The position numbers and the translations under genes are program-made. A stretch of DNA of 64,000 nt from an uncultured Methanoregulaceae archaeon (lineage in GTDB: Archaea; Halobacteriota; Methanomicrobia; Methanomicrobiales; Methanospirillaceae). How positions within the stretch are numbered: the first letter of the stretch is position 1; each line of letters begins with the position of its first letter. The notes beneath the pieces were generated by a model, which saw only the letters and a program-made list of their open reading frames with translations, searched no databases and had not been told where the DNA came from. The DNA lies in contig OY970061.1 of the NCBI GenBank assembly GCA_963705255.1, positions 1,248,001 through 1,312,000 on the forward strand, given 5' to 3'. Below are positions 1 to 11,597 of this stretch, in pieces.

Positions 1-1139
1 GGATTGTCCATATTCGCCATAATCTCGCTCCAGGGTTCGGCACCTCCTTCGCAGTCCCAGCCGTCATCGGGTTCCGGGAGCGGCACGGACTCCGGGATCG
101 TGGTTCAGGTTGCCGGAAAAGGACCCCAGCAACCTGCCCAAATACCTCAGCCACAGGTTCAGCCGGTCCAACCCGTTCAGAAGCCGGAACAAGTACTTCC
201 GGGGGGCAGGAGAAGAATCTGCTTGCCCCGGCAGAGGGTAGTCTGGTATCCCAGACCATCGATCTCTCCCCTTTCAGCCAGTATATGTACACGGATGCAT
301 CCGGCAATCCGGGAGCAACAATCGACCGGAACAAAGCAGAGCAGTCAGGAGCCGTCATCTCCGTCTCCGGTAAAACCGTGGAGATCATCCGTCCTGCATT
401 TACCCTGAGTATAACTGCAGGGAGAGTGACCGAGGCGAACGGGGTCATACAGGCAGATACTATCCAGTCCATCCTGCTCGCGACGACCCCTATTGAAGCC
501 TACACGGGAGGGGCAGGGCAGGTTGCCGCATCCTTCACCGCAGGTCTTGCGTCGCTACCCCCGGATGCAGCGCTTACGACGACCGTTGCAGAACCGGTAA
601 ACCCGGTTGTGGTCGAAGCATTCCAGCGTGCTGTTGCAAACGACGGGGACGAAATTCAGGCCATCGCCTATACACTGACCGTCCAGAAAACGAATATCGC
701 GGCGACACTTCCTGCCAGGATAACGATGAGCATCCCCGCTGCATGGGTGACCGCCCACGGCGGCACCAGTTCCATCGTGATCGGAAGGATCGCCGACGAT
801 CAGACATCCTCTGTCCTGAAAACCTCTTTTTCAGGATATGACCCGGACGGGAACATGAAATTTGTGGCGGATTCTCCTGCGGGACTCTCGGTATTCGGGC
901 TCATTGCCACCAGGGGACCCCTCCAGGCCCGCGTAGGGCAGCCGGCATTCATGACCCTGATACTTGAGAACCCGGTCCTTTCAGCGATTCTGGGTGCAGT
1001 GAATTATACGGTCTACGCCATCGGGATAGCAGGAGTCGCGATCCTGATCATCCTCATCGTCGCGCTGGTAACCGGCTGCATTCTCTGGAGAGAACGAAGA
1101 ACGCAGAGAAGGAAACCGGACCAAAAGGATAAAAAGTGA
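1..1139 (+). CDS. PGF-pre-PGF domain surface protein, C-terminal part (5' partial; probable frameshift near the G-run at ~200-206)
   Basis: Two domain-end motifs (GLSIFAII at the window start; FVADSPAGLSVFGLI), a Pro/Gln/Ser linker, and a C-terminal TM helix with basic tail. ORFs 4..408 and 285..1139 join across a frame change. Confidence 0.7.
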   Translation, partial: IVHIRHNLAPGFGTSFAVPAVIGFRERHGLRDRGSGCRKRTPATCPNTSATGSAGPTRSEAGTSTSGGQEKNLLAPAEGSLVSQTIDLSPFSQYMYTDASGNPGATIDRNKAEQSGAVISVSGKTVEIIRPAFTLSITAGRVTEANGVIQADTIQSILLATTPIEAYTGGAGQVAASFTAGLASLPPDAALTTTVAEPVNPVVVEAFQRAVANDGDEIQAIAYTLTVQKTNIAATLPARITMSIPAAWVTAHGGTSSIVIGRIADDQTSSVLKTSFSGYDPDGNMKFVADSPAGLSVFGLIATRGPLQARVGQPAFMTLILENPVLSAILGAVNYTVYAIGIAGVAILIILIVALVTGCILWRERRTQRRKPDQKDKK

Positions 1140-1280
1140 GAGTCTGATGAGGCGAAGCCGGGCCGGGTGGGTACATAAAGGCCCTCACCACGCTCCCGTT
1201 CAGCCGGCGATCCTCATAAAATAATTCTTTTTTCCCGCTTCCGCCTCTTCCGGATCTTCATGGTCCAGGAACGGACTTCC

Positions 1281-1335
1281 CCAGCTCGAAGAACCTGATG
1301 GTTCTTCTCCTGGCTCATCCCTGTAGGGATTCGCC
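1281..1335. repeat. Two TC/TC-closed hairpins (dispersed palindromic repeat family)
   Basis: CCAG-C-TC-GAAGAACC-TGAT-GGTTCTTC-TC-CTGG and GGC-TC-ATCCC-TGTA-GGGAT-TC-GCC; 1284..1309 is identical to 20251..20276. Confidence 0.8.
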
Positions 1336-1380
1336 ACAAACAAGATATGCCCGGCGACAAAACTCTGTTCCGGAACGTTC

Positions 1381-2664
1381 ATGAGTGCCCGGATAGGGAT
1401 CCCCATTGTTGCAGCCATTCTTCTTGCCGCATGCCTCGCGGCTCCTGCAGCGGCACTGGTCCTTGCAACGGACTGGAAAGAGAGTTCTCCTACGGGAAGC
1501 CCGTTCTCCAGTGCCGCCATCTCCGCTGACGGATCAGAGGTCATCGGAGGGGGGAGCCTGCTGCTCTTCCGCACCTGGGAAGGGGACCGGCGCTGGGCCG
1601 GGCCGCCGGGGATGGTCACCGCCATGACCGCCGACGGGAATGAGATTGTCTGGACTTCCGGGCAGAGCCTTGACCTGGTCGACAGCAGCGACGCGACGCT
1701 CTGGATACAGGCGATGGGGGGGAATATCCGTGCAGCCGCGATCTCGGCAAACGGTTCATTCATCGTTGCTGCCGATGACAAAGGGACTATCATGTCCTGG
1801 GGGAGGAGCGGGGGATTCTTCGGGCGGAATACGACAGACCTGGTAAAAAGGATCGCCATCTCGCCGGCAGGGAACCTCGTGGTCGTTACGACTGAGGGGG
1901 GAGTGAGGTTCTATACTCCCGCACTCAATACGGTCTGGACTGACAACCGCTCCGGCAGCCTCGACGAATACATCGCGATCTCCTCCGACGGGTCCACCAT
2001 CATCACCGCCGGGGGCACCCGGCTCTCGTCCCACACCGCCAGCGGCGACCTCCGATGGCAGACTGAGGTGACAAAGGACGCGATCACCGACATCGCCTGC
2101 TCGGACGACTGCTCCACCATCATCGTCGGGAGCAGGGACGACACGGTCCTTGCCATCGACCGGTACGGGAAGACCCACTGGACGTACACGGCCGGGCACG
2201 GGATCACTGCGGTCGGGGCCTCGCAGGACGCATCGGTCATCGCCGCAGGAGGGATCGACGGCACCCTGTTCGTACTCGACCACGGGGGAGATCTCCTGGC
2301 GCAGAGGCAGACCGACACCATCATCCAGCCGCGGTCCATTGCCGTGAGCGGGGACGGGAGGAGGATCGTGGTTGCAGACGAGCATAACCTCTACGGGTTT
2401 GGGGCGGTCAGTGAGATGTCAGGTATCTCCGGGATGGAGACCTTCAGCCCCGCACCACTGAACCCGGTCCCGGAAACAACCCGGCTGGCGGGGGGGATCA
2501 CCACCGTTTCAGCGGCGGGTACCGAGGTTGCCTCAACGACTGGAGAGCAGGAAACAGTCGTTTCCCCCGTGACGAGCGGCACTCCCCAATCATCCCTATG
2601 CCCTGCAGGTATCCTCTTTGCTGCAGGAATCGCGTTCACCGTGGTGAGGCACCGGATGAAGTAA
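1381..2664 (+). CDS. Secreted WD40/PQQ-like beta-propeller protein with C-terminal membrane anchor
   Basis: N-terminal signal peptide, repeated AIS.DG...W blades, Thr-rich linker, hydrophobic C-terminus with basic tail. Confidence 0.8.
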   Translation: MSARIGIPIVAAILLAACLAAPAAALVLATDWKESSPTGSPFSSAAISADGSEVIGGGSLLLFRTWEGDRRWAGPPGMVTAMTADGNEIVWTSGQSLDLVDSSDATLWIQAMGGNIRAAAISANGSFIVAADDKGTIMSWGRSGGFFGRNTTDLVKRIAISPAGNLVVVTTEGGVRFYTPALNTVWTDNRSGSLDEYIAISSDGSTIITAGGTRLSSHTASGDLRWQTEVTKDAITDIACSDDCSTIIVGSRDDTVLAIDRYGKTHWTYTAGHGITAVGASQDASVIAAGGIDGTLFVLDHGGDLLAQRQTDTIIQPRSIAVSGDGRRIVVADEHNLYGFGAVSEMSGISGMETFSPAPLNPVPETTRLAGGITTVSAAGTEVASTTGEQETVVSPVTSGTPQSSLCPAGILFAAGIAFTVVRHRMK

Positions 2665-2759
2665 TTTCTTAGATCTGCGAAAAAAGTGTTCAGGGGGTGG
2701 CCCCCAATATTCTCAGGCGGGGAAGTGGCGACCCTCTCTGGTCCGGCCCGGCCCCGGGC

Positions 2760-3077
2760 TTATTCTCCGGCCGTGCTCTTTGCCCGCTTCACGCGTTCCT
2801 TGGTGGAAAATCCGGTGATGGCATCGAGAAATTTCCGGAACCGCTTGTTGGTGTCGAGGATCACCTCATCGCCGGCATTCAGGTCGGACTCCGTGTCGAC
2901 GATGACCGATTTCCCGCCGGCACCAACGTTCACGTCGAGGCGTTTCAGGGCGCCTGCCTTTATCCGGTAGCCTTTTGCGGTCTTTTCCGGTTCCGCACCA
3001 AAACAGTTCTTCAGTTCGAAGACGACCCTCATCTCAAGGTCCCTGGTGAGCCCGCGCTTGATGGGATATTCTTGCAT
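2760..3077 (-). CDS. Conserved archaeal protein (DUF5611-like)
   Basis: MQEYPIKRG...FRKFLDAITGFSTKERVKRAK signature. Confidence 0.7.
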   Translation of the reverse strand: MQEYPIKRGLTRDLEMRVVFELKNCFGAEPEKTAKGYRIKAGALKRLDVNVGAGGKSVIVDTESDLNAGDEVILDTNKRFRKFLDAITGFSTKERVKRAKSTAGE

Positions 3078-3112
3078 AATACTTTTTTAGGTACTGGGTG
3101 TATGTTAATCTA

Positions 3113-3922
3113 ATGACCGCCGAATCAACTGAATATACCAAAAAGGTCCTGACGAGGCTCGACACTATCCATGAGGATCTCGCCGAGATAAAGCCGACCA
3201 GGGAACTCAATATCTTTTCAAAACCGCTTCCCGAAGAAGGGGCCGCAGTCCTCATGGGGTTCCCGGGGAGCGGGCTCGTCGGGACGATCGCACTGCAGTA
3301 CATGGTCGACCAGCTCGAGTTCGAACTGATCGGATCGATGACTTCCAAGTACTTCCCGCCCCTTGCGATGATGAACAAGGGGCTCATCAACGACCCGGTC
3401 CGCGTATACCTGAAAAAGAGCGGGGACCTGAATATTGCTGCCATCGTGGCCGATATCCCCATCGCCCCGATGATCTGTTACGAGATCTCAAACGGCATCC
3501 TCGAATGGCTCACCCCGTTCAAGCCGAGGGAGGTCCTCACGATCGCGGGGATCATCACCAACGAGCCGGAGAAGAGGGTCTTCGGTGTCGCCACCTCTCC
3601 CGATGCACTCCGGCGGATCCAGGAACATACCCTTGTCCTGCCGATCGGCAGCATCTCGGGGATCGCATCCAGCATCCTCACCGAGTGCAAGGCCCGGAAC
3701 ATCCCGGCGGTCGGCCTGCTGGGCGAGACGATCAATGCCCCCGACCCCCGTTCCTCGGCGGCCACCATCGAGGTGCTCAACAAGATGTACAACCTTGCGC
3801 TCGATGTCCAGCCGCTCATCGAGCAGGCGGTCGAGATAGAACAGAGCATGGGCAAGATCGCCGAGGAAGTGCAGCAGCAGGCAGAGTCGACCCCGAAAAA
3901 AGACCTTCCGATGTACGGGTGA
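3113..3922 (+). CDS. Proteasome assembly chaperone (PAC2 family)
   Basis: GFPGSGLVG motif, PDPRSSAA, C-terminal MYG (HbYX-like). Confidence 0.88.
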   Translation: MTAESTEYTKKVLTRLDTIHEDLAEIKPTRELNIFSKPLPEEGAAVLMGFPGSGLVGTIALQYMVDQLEFELIGSMTSKYFPPLAMMNKGLINDPVRVYLKKSGDLNIAAIVADIPIAPMICYEISNGILEWLTPFKPREVLTIAGIITNEPEKRVFGVATSPDALRRIQEHTLVLPIGSISGIASSILTECKARNIPAVGLLGETINAPDPRSSAATIEVLNKMYNLALDVQPLIEQAVEIEQSMGKIAEEVQQQAESTPKKDLPMYG

Positions 3923-3927
3923 TCGCG

Positions 3928-4326
3928 ATGAGATGTGCTGCGTTAACCGGTATCTCCCCGGATGTGATCACGGATCTCAAGTCGGGCAGGCCACGGACGG
4001 TCGAGCTGCAGAGTACCAACAACATCATCACCATTGCCGGGGTCGAGCCGGGCCCTGACACCCATATCTTCATGACTTCGATCGACATCGAAGACCTCTC
4101 CCCGGGCGATCCCGGTATCTGCGTGTACCTCCTCTCCACCAATATCACGATGAAACGGATCGTGGAGTTCTCCCACGGCCTCTATTACGAAGAGCGGGAG
4201 CGCATGTCGGCCCGGGTCCAGGTCAAGTACTGTTCATCATCCGTTGTCAAGCAGGTCTTTCACGAGGGGCTCACCAAACCCACGGGAGTGGAAGTCCTCA
4301 AGTCCTCGTGCTACCACGCCGGATAA
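3928..4326 (+). CDS. DUF473-family protein
   Basis: MRCAALTGISPDVITDL..GRPRTVELQSTNN; starts 5 nt after the PAC2 stop. Confidence 0.75.
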   Translation: MRCAALTGISPDVITDLKSGRPRTVELQSTNNIITIAGVEPGPDTHIFMTSIDIEDLSPGDPGICVYLLSTNITMKRIVEFSHGLYYEERERMSARVQVKYCSSSVVKQVFHEGLTKPTGVEVLKSSCYHAG

Positions 4327-4351
4327 AAAACAGAAGTTTATTTTTTTACGG

Positions 4352-5244
4352 TTACTGCTTCCGGAGCAGCACGATCCCAATCCCGACTGCGCCGATAACT
4401 GCCATCGCATCAACGGGGGATGCCTGGGTGGGTGTGGCACTGGGCCAGGGAGTCGGGACTTTCAGCGTGGACGGTCTGGTGGTCCGGGCAGCCGTTACCG
4501 CCGGCGTGGGAATCGTCGTGAAAACCGTCGTTTCCGTATATTCTGCAGTCAGCTTCCGGTAAAAGTTCGTCGTGTTTCCCGGGGTCACGGTGGCCAGCCC
4601 GGAATAATCGATATACCCGTTCTTCTGCAGCCGGAACAGGTACGATCCCGGTGTGAGGTTGTACAGGGTAACATCCGTAATTCCCATATTTGTTGAGTTT
4701 ATGTATACCGCAGCCCCGACAGGATTTGTCTCGAAATAGATGCTCCCGTTCGTGACCGCCGACATCAGCTGGGCGGTCACCGACTGGGAAACCGAATTGA
4801 CGAGCACCGTCTGGGACCAGTCCGCATACCCGGTGAGCCTCATCAGCACGGTACGACTTCCGTAACTGACGGTAACCCCGGTCATGTTCGTTGTCCCCCT
4901 GCTTACGCCATCCACATACACGGTGGCTCCGGCGGGAATGGAAGAGAAGGAGACGGAACTGGTCAGGTTGGTAAGAGTGGCGGAAACCATGCTTGTCTGG
5001 TTGTCGTTGACCTGGAGATTTGCCTGGGTGTAATCCTGGTACCGGAAAGCTGTAACAATACCGTATGCGTTCCATAGGTAACATTTTCGACCGTGGCCGG
5101 AGTGATGCTGCCGGTGATGACGCCATCAAGATAGATCGTTGCCCCCGGAGGTGTTGAGGTGATGGAGATATTACCTACTGCCGCCGCTGCCACGGGCAAC
5201 ACGCCGAGCGTGAGGAGCAGGCCGAGTATAAGAACGGTTTTCAT
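4352..5244 (-). CDS. PEGA-domain surface protein (frameshift at ~5040)
   Basis: Three S.P.GA.VY.DG PEGA repeats, signal peptide, Thr/Pro linker and TM-basic tail; ORFs 4963..5262 and 4352..4990 join. Confidence 0.82.
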
Positions 5245-5418
5245 CGCGATACTTCCCATCATGGTGAGTTAATGGAAATACCTTATAAACGACGCTTAAT
5301 ATAATTTGCCAAATCTATCCGATACCGGAAAACGGATGGCAAAAAATTCAGGCGGTCGGGGAAGGACGGCAGGAAGCAGATTAATTATCCACGAGCACGA
5401 ATGTTATTGGCGTCACGT

Positions 5419-5493
5419 GGGCCTGTGGCTTAGCCTGGACATAGCGCCGGGCTTCTAACCCGGATGCCGGGGGTTCAAATCCCCCCAGGCCCG
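5419..5493 (+). tRNA. tRNA-Arg(TCT)
   Basis: Acceptor GGGCCTG/CAGGCCC, anticodon arm CCGGG-CTTCTAA-CCCGG, T-loop GGTTCAAATCC, followed by a T-run. Confidence 0.95.
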
Positions 5494-5524
5494 TCCTTTT
5501 TTCTGCCCGGTAAAAACAGTTGCT

Positions 5525-6711
5525 TTACCTCTTGTCCGCCAGGACTGCTATCCCGGGAAGAGTCTTTCCGGAGAGAAACCGGAGCGAGGCCCCTCCGCCG
5601 GTAGAGACGTGCGTCATCCTGCCGGCAAGCCCGAGCTGCGTTACGGCCTCTGCCGTGGACCCTCCCCCGATGACAGTTATGGCATCGAGGCCTGCCAGGA
5701 CCGTGGCGATGGATCTCGTTCCTGATGAGAACTGAGGGATCTCAAATACTCCCATCGGCCCGTTCCATGCCACGGTCCGGCATCTCCTGAGCTCCTGAGT
5801 GAACTCCAGAATGGTCAGGGGCCCGATATCCGCGATCCTGCAACCGGGGGGATCTGGTCAGACCTCACCACCAGGGCAGTCGCACCGCTCTCCGGTTTTT
5901 CAGCGACCACCACGTCTACCGGAAGCAGGACCCGTACACCAAGGGCCGCCGCTCTGCGCTGGATCGAACCGACCAGTTCCATCGTGCCGGGTTCCACAGC
6001 AGAGGTTCCGACATCCCACCCTCTGCCTTTCAGGAACGTGGCAGCCATCCCGCCACCTACAAGAATACAATCCGCCCGGGTAAGGATATTCTCCAGGATC
6101 CCGATCTTCTCTCCCACCTTTGCCCCGCCCATGATGACAGCAAAAGGGCGGGCAGGGTCCTCAAGGAGACTGCCCAGCATCACTATCTCCTTTTCCATGA
6201 GGAGCCCGGCTACGCAGGGGAGATAGGCTGCCACCCCCACTACGGATGCATGCGCCCGGTGGCTCGCGCCAAAGGCATCATTGACAGAGAGATCCGCCAG
6301 CCGGGAGAGCTCGCGGGCAAAACCAGGATCGTTCTCCTCTTCGCCCGGGTAAAACCTCAGGTTCTCCAGGAAGACGATCTCCCCGTCCTGCATTTCCGAG
6401 ACGGCCCGCATGACCCCGGGTCCAATCGCCTCCGACAGAGGTTCAACGGGTCTCTGCAGGAGCTCCGACAGGCGCCGGGCTACCGGTGCCAGCCGGAGGT
6501 GTTCGTCCACCCTGCCATGGGGTCTGCCAAGGTGCGAGCAGAGGATGACCCGGGCGCGGTGATCGATCAGCCAGGTGATCGTGGGGAGGCAGGCCCGGAT
6601 CCGGGTATCGTCTTCGATCCTGCCGTTCCGGTCCATGGGCACATTGAAATCGACCCTGACAAGCACCCGTTTCCCGCCAACCTCTTCATCCCTCACCGTC
6701 TTTTTCTGCAT
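5525..6711 (-). CDS. pgk: Phosphoglycerate kinase (frameshift at ~5845)
   Basis: [50 protein letters not shown]. Confidence 0.95.
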
Positions 6712-6977
6712 GGTCCAACCCCTGTTTCCTGAGAGTTCCTGATGGAAGCCCCGGGTCTCTTAACCACCGGTTGCTGAAAACGGGAATATATACCTATGTC
6801 AGGATAACCCGGTTTGGGGTGTGATCAACGGGAAATGACACTATACCGGTCCCTGACCGTGCAGGTACCCGGTGAACAACGGGGGTCGCCTGATCCGGAC
6901 ACTATCCGAAGGTCAGGCTCTAAAAATGGGACACGCGCCTAGCTAAAAAGGGAACAGGCTGCCGGAAAGAACCTGGG

Positions 6978-7454
6978 TTATACCTGGCCCTGCCCGTCGG
7001 CAGGCTGGCTGTCGATCGGTTTCTGCAGGATCTGGACATCGGCGATATTATGCTGGCGTGATGCCAGCTTCTTTGCCTTGAAGATGTTCTTGCCGTCCTT
7101 GCCGATTGCGATGCCGCGGTCCTCGTCCCTGACCTCGACGGTCGCAGTCTGCTGGTCGGGTTCTCCTTCGAACAGGATGGACGTGACCTGGGCAGGCAGG
7201 AAGCAGTTCTTGATGAACTGCTCGGGGTTATTGTTGTATTCCACGACTTCGATCTTCTTGCCCATGACTTCCGAGGCTTTCTTGATCGAAGCGCCTTTCT
7301 TGCCGATCGCAAGCCCCATGTCGCCGGGGTTGATCACGAAGATGAGCCGCGCGTTGCGATCGTCCACAACGCAGTCGCGGCTCCCCGCGCCGGTCAGGCT
7401 CTCGAACTGGGAGATGAGGCGCATGCAGTCTTCAGTCAGTTTCACTTCGACCAT
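6978..7454 (-). CDS. nusA: Archaeal NusA
   Basis: Two KH motifs (GLAIGKKG, GIAIGKDG); last gene of the RNAP operon. Confidence 0.95.
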   Translation of the reverse strand: MVEVKLTEDCMRLISQFESLTGAGSRDCVVDDRNARLIFVINPGDMGLAIGKKGASIKKASEVMGKKIEVVEYNNNPEQFIKNCFLPAQVTSILFEGEPDQQTATVEVRDEDRGIAIGKDGKNIFKAKKLASRQHNIADVQILQKPIDSQPADGQGQV

Positions 7455-7455
7455 A

Positions 7456-7746
7456 TCATGCCCTCTTCAGGGAGAGAATGTCTGACTCGCCAGGGCTCAC
7501 GATGGCAAGGGTACTCACCATGAACGGCTTCCCGCACGCCTTGCCGAGCGCTACGCTCGAGCCCTCGAAGGTATGGATGAAGAGGTTCCCGTGACCGGTA
7601 AGTTTGGAGGTGAAGGCTGCCGGGCAGTTGCCTGCAACGACAACCATCTGGGCTTTGCCCTCTTTTATGCATTTTTCCGTGTTGTTCTGGCCAAGGATTA
7701 CGTTTCCTGTCTTGATGGCTCTTCTAAGTGAAGCATTAAAATCCAT
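7456..7746 (-). CDS. rpl30e: 50S ribosomal protein L30e
   Basis: LGKACGKPF motif; canonical position after rpoA2. Confidence 0.95.
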   Translation of the reverse strand: MDFNASLRRAIKTGNVILGQNNTEKCIKEGKAQMVVVAGNCPAAFTSKLTGHGNLFIHTFEGSSVALGKACGKPFMVSTLAIVSPGESDILSLKRA

Positions 7747-7779
7747 TACAATTCCTCTGATTTTTCCGGGTTTAACGAT

Positions 7780-8955
<1,176 letters not shown>

Positions 8956-11596
8956 TCAGACCTCCTCCTTTAAGATACTCTCAACAATGCCTTTGACGTC
9001 GACCGGGTCGCCAAATGCGCTCTTGGTCGGGTCGGTCCCGTCCTCGCCGTACTCGAACTGGATGATCCTGCCGCCGGTCGTCCTGACCGTGCCGTCATAG
9101 GCCACCTTGAGGTCCTGCAGCGCGTTGATCATCCGGCGCTGGAGGTAGCCGCTCTGGGACGTACGGACCGCGGTATCGACAAGCCCTTCACGGCCACCGA
9201 TGGCGTGGAAGAAGAACTCGGTCGGGTTGAGCCCGCCCTTGTAGCTGTGCTGGATGAAGCCGTGGGCGTCCGAGCCCCGGTCGCCTTTCCTGAAGTGCGG
9301 GAGGGTGCGGTCGTCGTAGCCACGAACGATACGCTCACCACGGACAGACTGCTGGCCGATACAACCGGCCATCTGCGTCAGGTTCAGCATGGAGCCACGG
9401 GCCCCGGAGACCGCCATCACGACAGCGCTGTTGCCGAGACCGAGGTGCCGGCCGGCGATCTGCCCGGTCTGGTCACGGGCCTTGCCCAGCACCTGCATGA
9501 TCTGCATCTCGAGCGTCTCCTCGACTGTCCGCCCTGGCATCGGTTCGAGCTGCCCGTCTTCGTAGATCTTGATGCGGCGGTCGACATCGAGCGCCGCATT
9601 GTTCAGCACGTCATCGATCTGCCCGTACTCGGTCTTGGAAAGGTCCTCGTCATCGATACCGAACGAGAACCCATCGAGCATGATCGCACGGATCGAGAGC
9701 TTTGTTAAGTCATCGATAAACTTTGCCGCACGCCTCATGCCCTGCTGGCGGATGACGCGGTTGACAATCTGGCCGTCGAATGCGCCGATGGCTTTCTTGT
9801 CAATGGTCCCCGACTCGAGCTTGCCGTCGATGACGCGGACGTATGCATCCCGCTCGCAGAGCTCCTTTTTACAAACATCGCAGTTCTGGCAGGAACTGGC
9901 ATGGAAGACCATGTTGAGGTGCTCTGGCAGAATTACCGAAAAGACCTGCTTGTTGCTCCAGAACTCGCTGCCATCCTCCACCTTGCCGGGTTCCGGCATA
10001 CGCTCGATGGCGGTATACCGGAGGAGATAGAGGGCTTCCTCCTTGGTGAACCAGCGGACATCGTGCGTGAGCATGAAGATACCGGAGACGTGGTCATGGA
10101 TGCCGCCGATGATGGGCCCGCCGAAACGGGGCGAGAGAATGTTCTCGTGCACGGAAAGGAGTATGGTCGCCTCAGCCCGCGCCTCTTCGGTCTGCGGCAC
10201 GTGCATGTTCATCTCGTCGCCATCGAAGTCGGCGTTGTACGGTGGGCAGACTGCCGGGTTGAGCCGGAATGTCCTGCCTTCCATCACCTTGACGCGGTGG
10301 GCCATGATGCTCATGCGGTGGAGCGAGGGCTGACGGTTGAAGAGCACGACATCGCTGTCGCGGAGCTGGCGTTCGACCGTGTAGCCGGGCTCGATCATAT
10401 CGGCGACCGTGTCGAGGTTGTCGGCACCTAGCCGGAGCCTGCGGTTGTCGGGCCGGATCACGTAATTCGCGCCGCAGGGCGAGTTGACATCAGCGCGGAC
10501 CGGGCCGGTCCGGACAATCTGCCGGAGTTCCTCGATGTTGTACGTAGTGACCCGGACCGGGATCGTCATTTCGTTTGCAACGGCCCGCGGGACACCGACC
10601 TGCGATACGGAGAGGTTCGGGTCCGGGGAGATGACCGTACGGGACGAGAAGTTCACGCGCTTACCCGAGAGCGAGCCACGGAACCGCCCGTCCTTACCCT
10701 TGAGGCGCTGCGAAAGCGTCTTGAGGGGCCGTCCGCTGCGGTGGCGGGCGGGAGGGCAGCCTGCTACTTCGTTGTCGAGATAGGTGGTCACGTGGTACTG
10801 CAAAAGTTCCCAGAGGTCCTCGATGATCAGCTGGGGGGCGCCCGCGTCCTGGTTCTCCTTGAACCGCTGGTTGATGCGGATGATGTCCACGAGCTTGTGG
10901 GTGAGGTCGTCCTCCGAACGCTGGCCGTTCTCAAGGATGATGGACGGGCGCATCGTGACCGGGGGTACCGGGAGGACGGTGAGGATGGTCCACTCGGGGC
11001 GGGCGACGTCCGGGTTGATACCGAGCGGGATCAGGTCCTCGTTCGGGATCTTCTCCATCCTGGCGCGGATGTCGGCAGGGGTGAGCTTGTGCTCCACCTT
11101 CTTGCCTTCCTCGACCATGACTTCGGAGAACGTGGTCGGTTTCTCGAAGTTGATCTTGAGCTGCTGTTCGCCGCAGTGCGGGCAGACGCGCTCCTTCTTG
11201 ACATCCTTTTCCGAGAGCAGGTCGCCGGTCTGGTCGTCCTCCGTACCGACTACCTTCTCGACTTCCTCCGGGCTCAGGAGCACGCGGCCGCAGGCACGGC
11301 AGGTGACACGCAGGAGTTTCCTAATGAGCCGCGTGTAGCCTACGTGGATGACGGGCTTGGCGAGGCTCGATGTGGCCGAAGTGGCCGGGGCACTCGCTCG
11401 CCTTCTGGTCGCAGGTCTTGCACCGGAGACCCGGATCGATGACCCCGAGGTTCAGGTCCATGAGGCCCTGGGGATAGGGAAAGCCATCGTCATCATAGGT
11501 GTCGGCCCAGATGATCTTCCGGACACTCATCTCGCGGATCTCCTTGGGGGATAACAGGCCGAACTCGATCTGTCCGATTCGTTTTGGGGATGGCAT
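8956..11596 (-). CDS. rpoA1: RNA polymerase subunit A' (one extra base at ~11365)
   Basis: CPGHFGHIE, then LAKPVIHVG in the next frame; catalytic YNADFDGDEMN. Confidence 0.97.
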
Positions 11597-11597
11597 A

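Noticed and set aside
1144-1165. Hammerhead ribozyme (CTGATGA-GGC-GAA-GCC)
   Set aside because: The required GAAA after stem II is absent (GGGC) and no stems I/III are evident; the CTGATGA near 34380 fails likewise.
2692-2760. Further copy of the structured element (CAGGCGGGGAA)
   Set aside because: Only ~10 nt of similarity and the other scaffold blocks are missing.
8956-11596. rpoA1 as a pseudogene, further split subunit or programmed frameshift
   Set aside because: A single extra base in an essential gene amid many similar indels, with no slippery site; sequencing error is far more likely.
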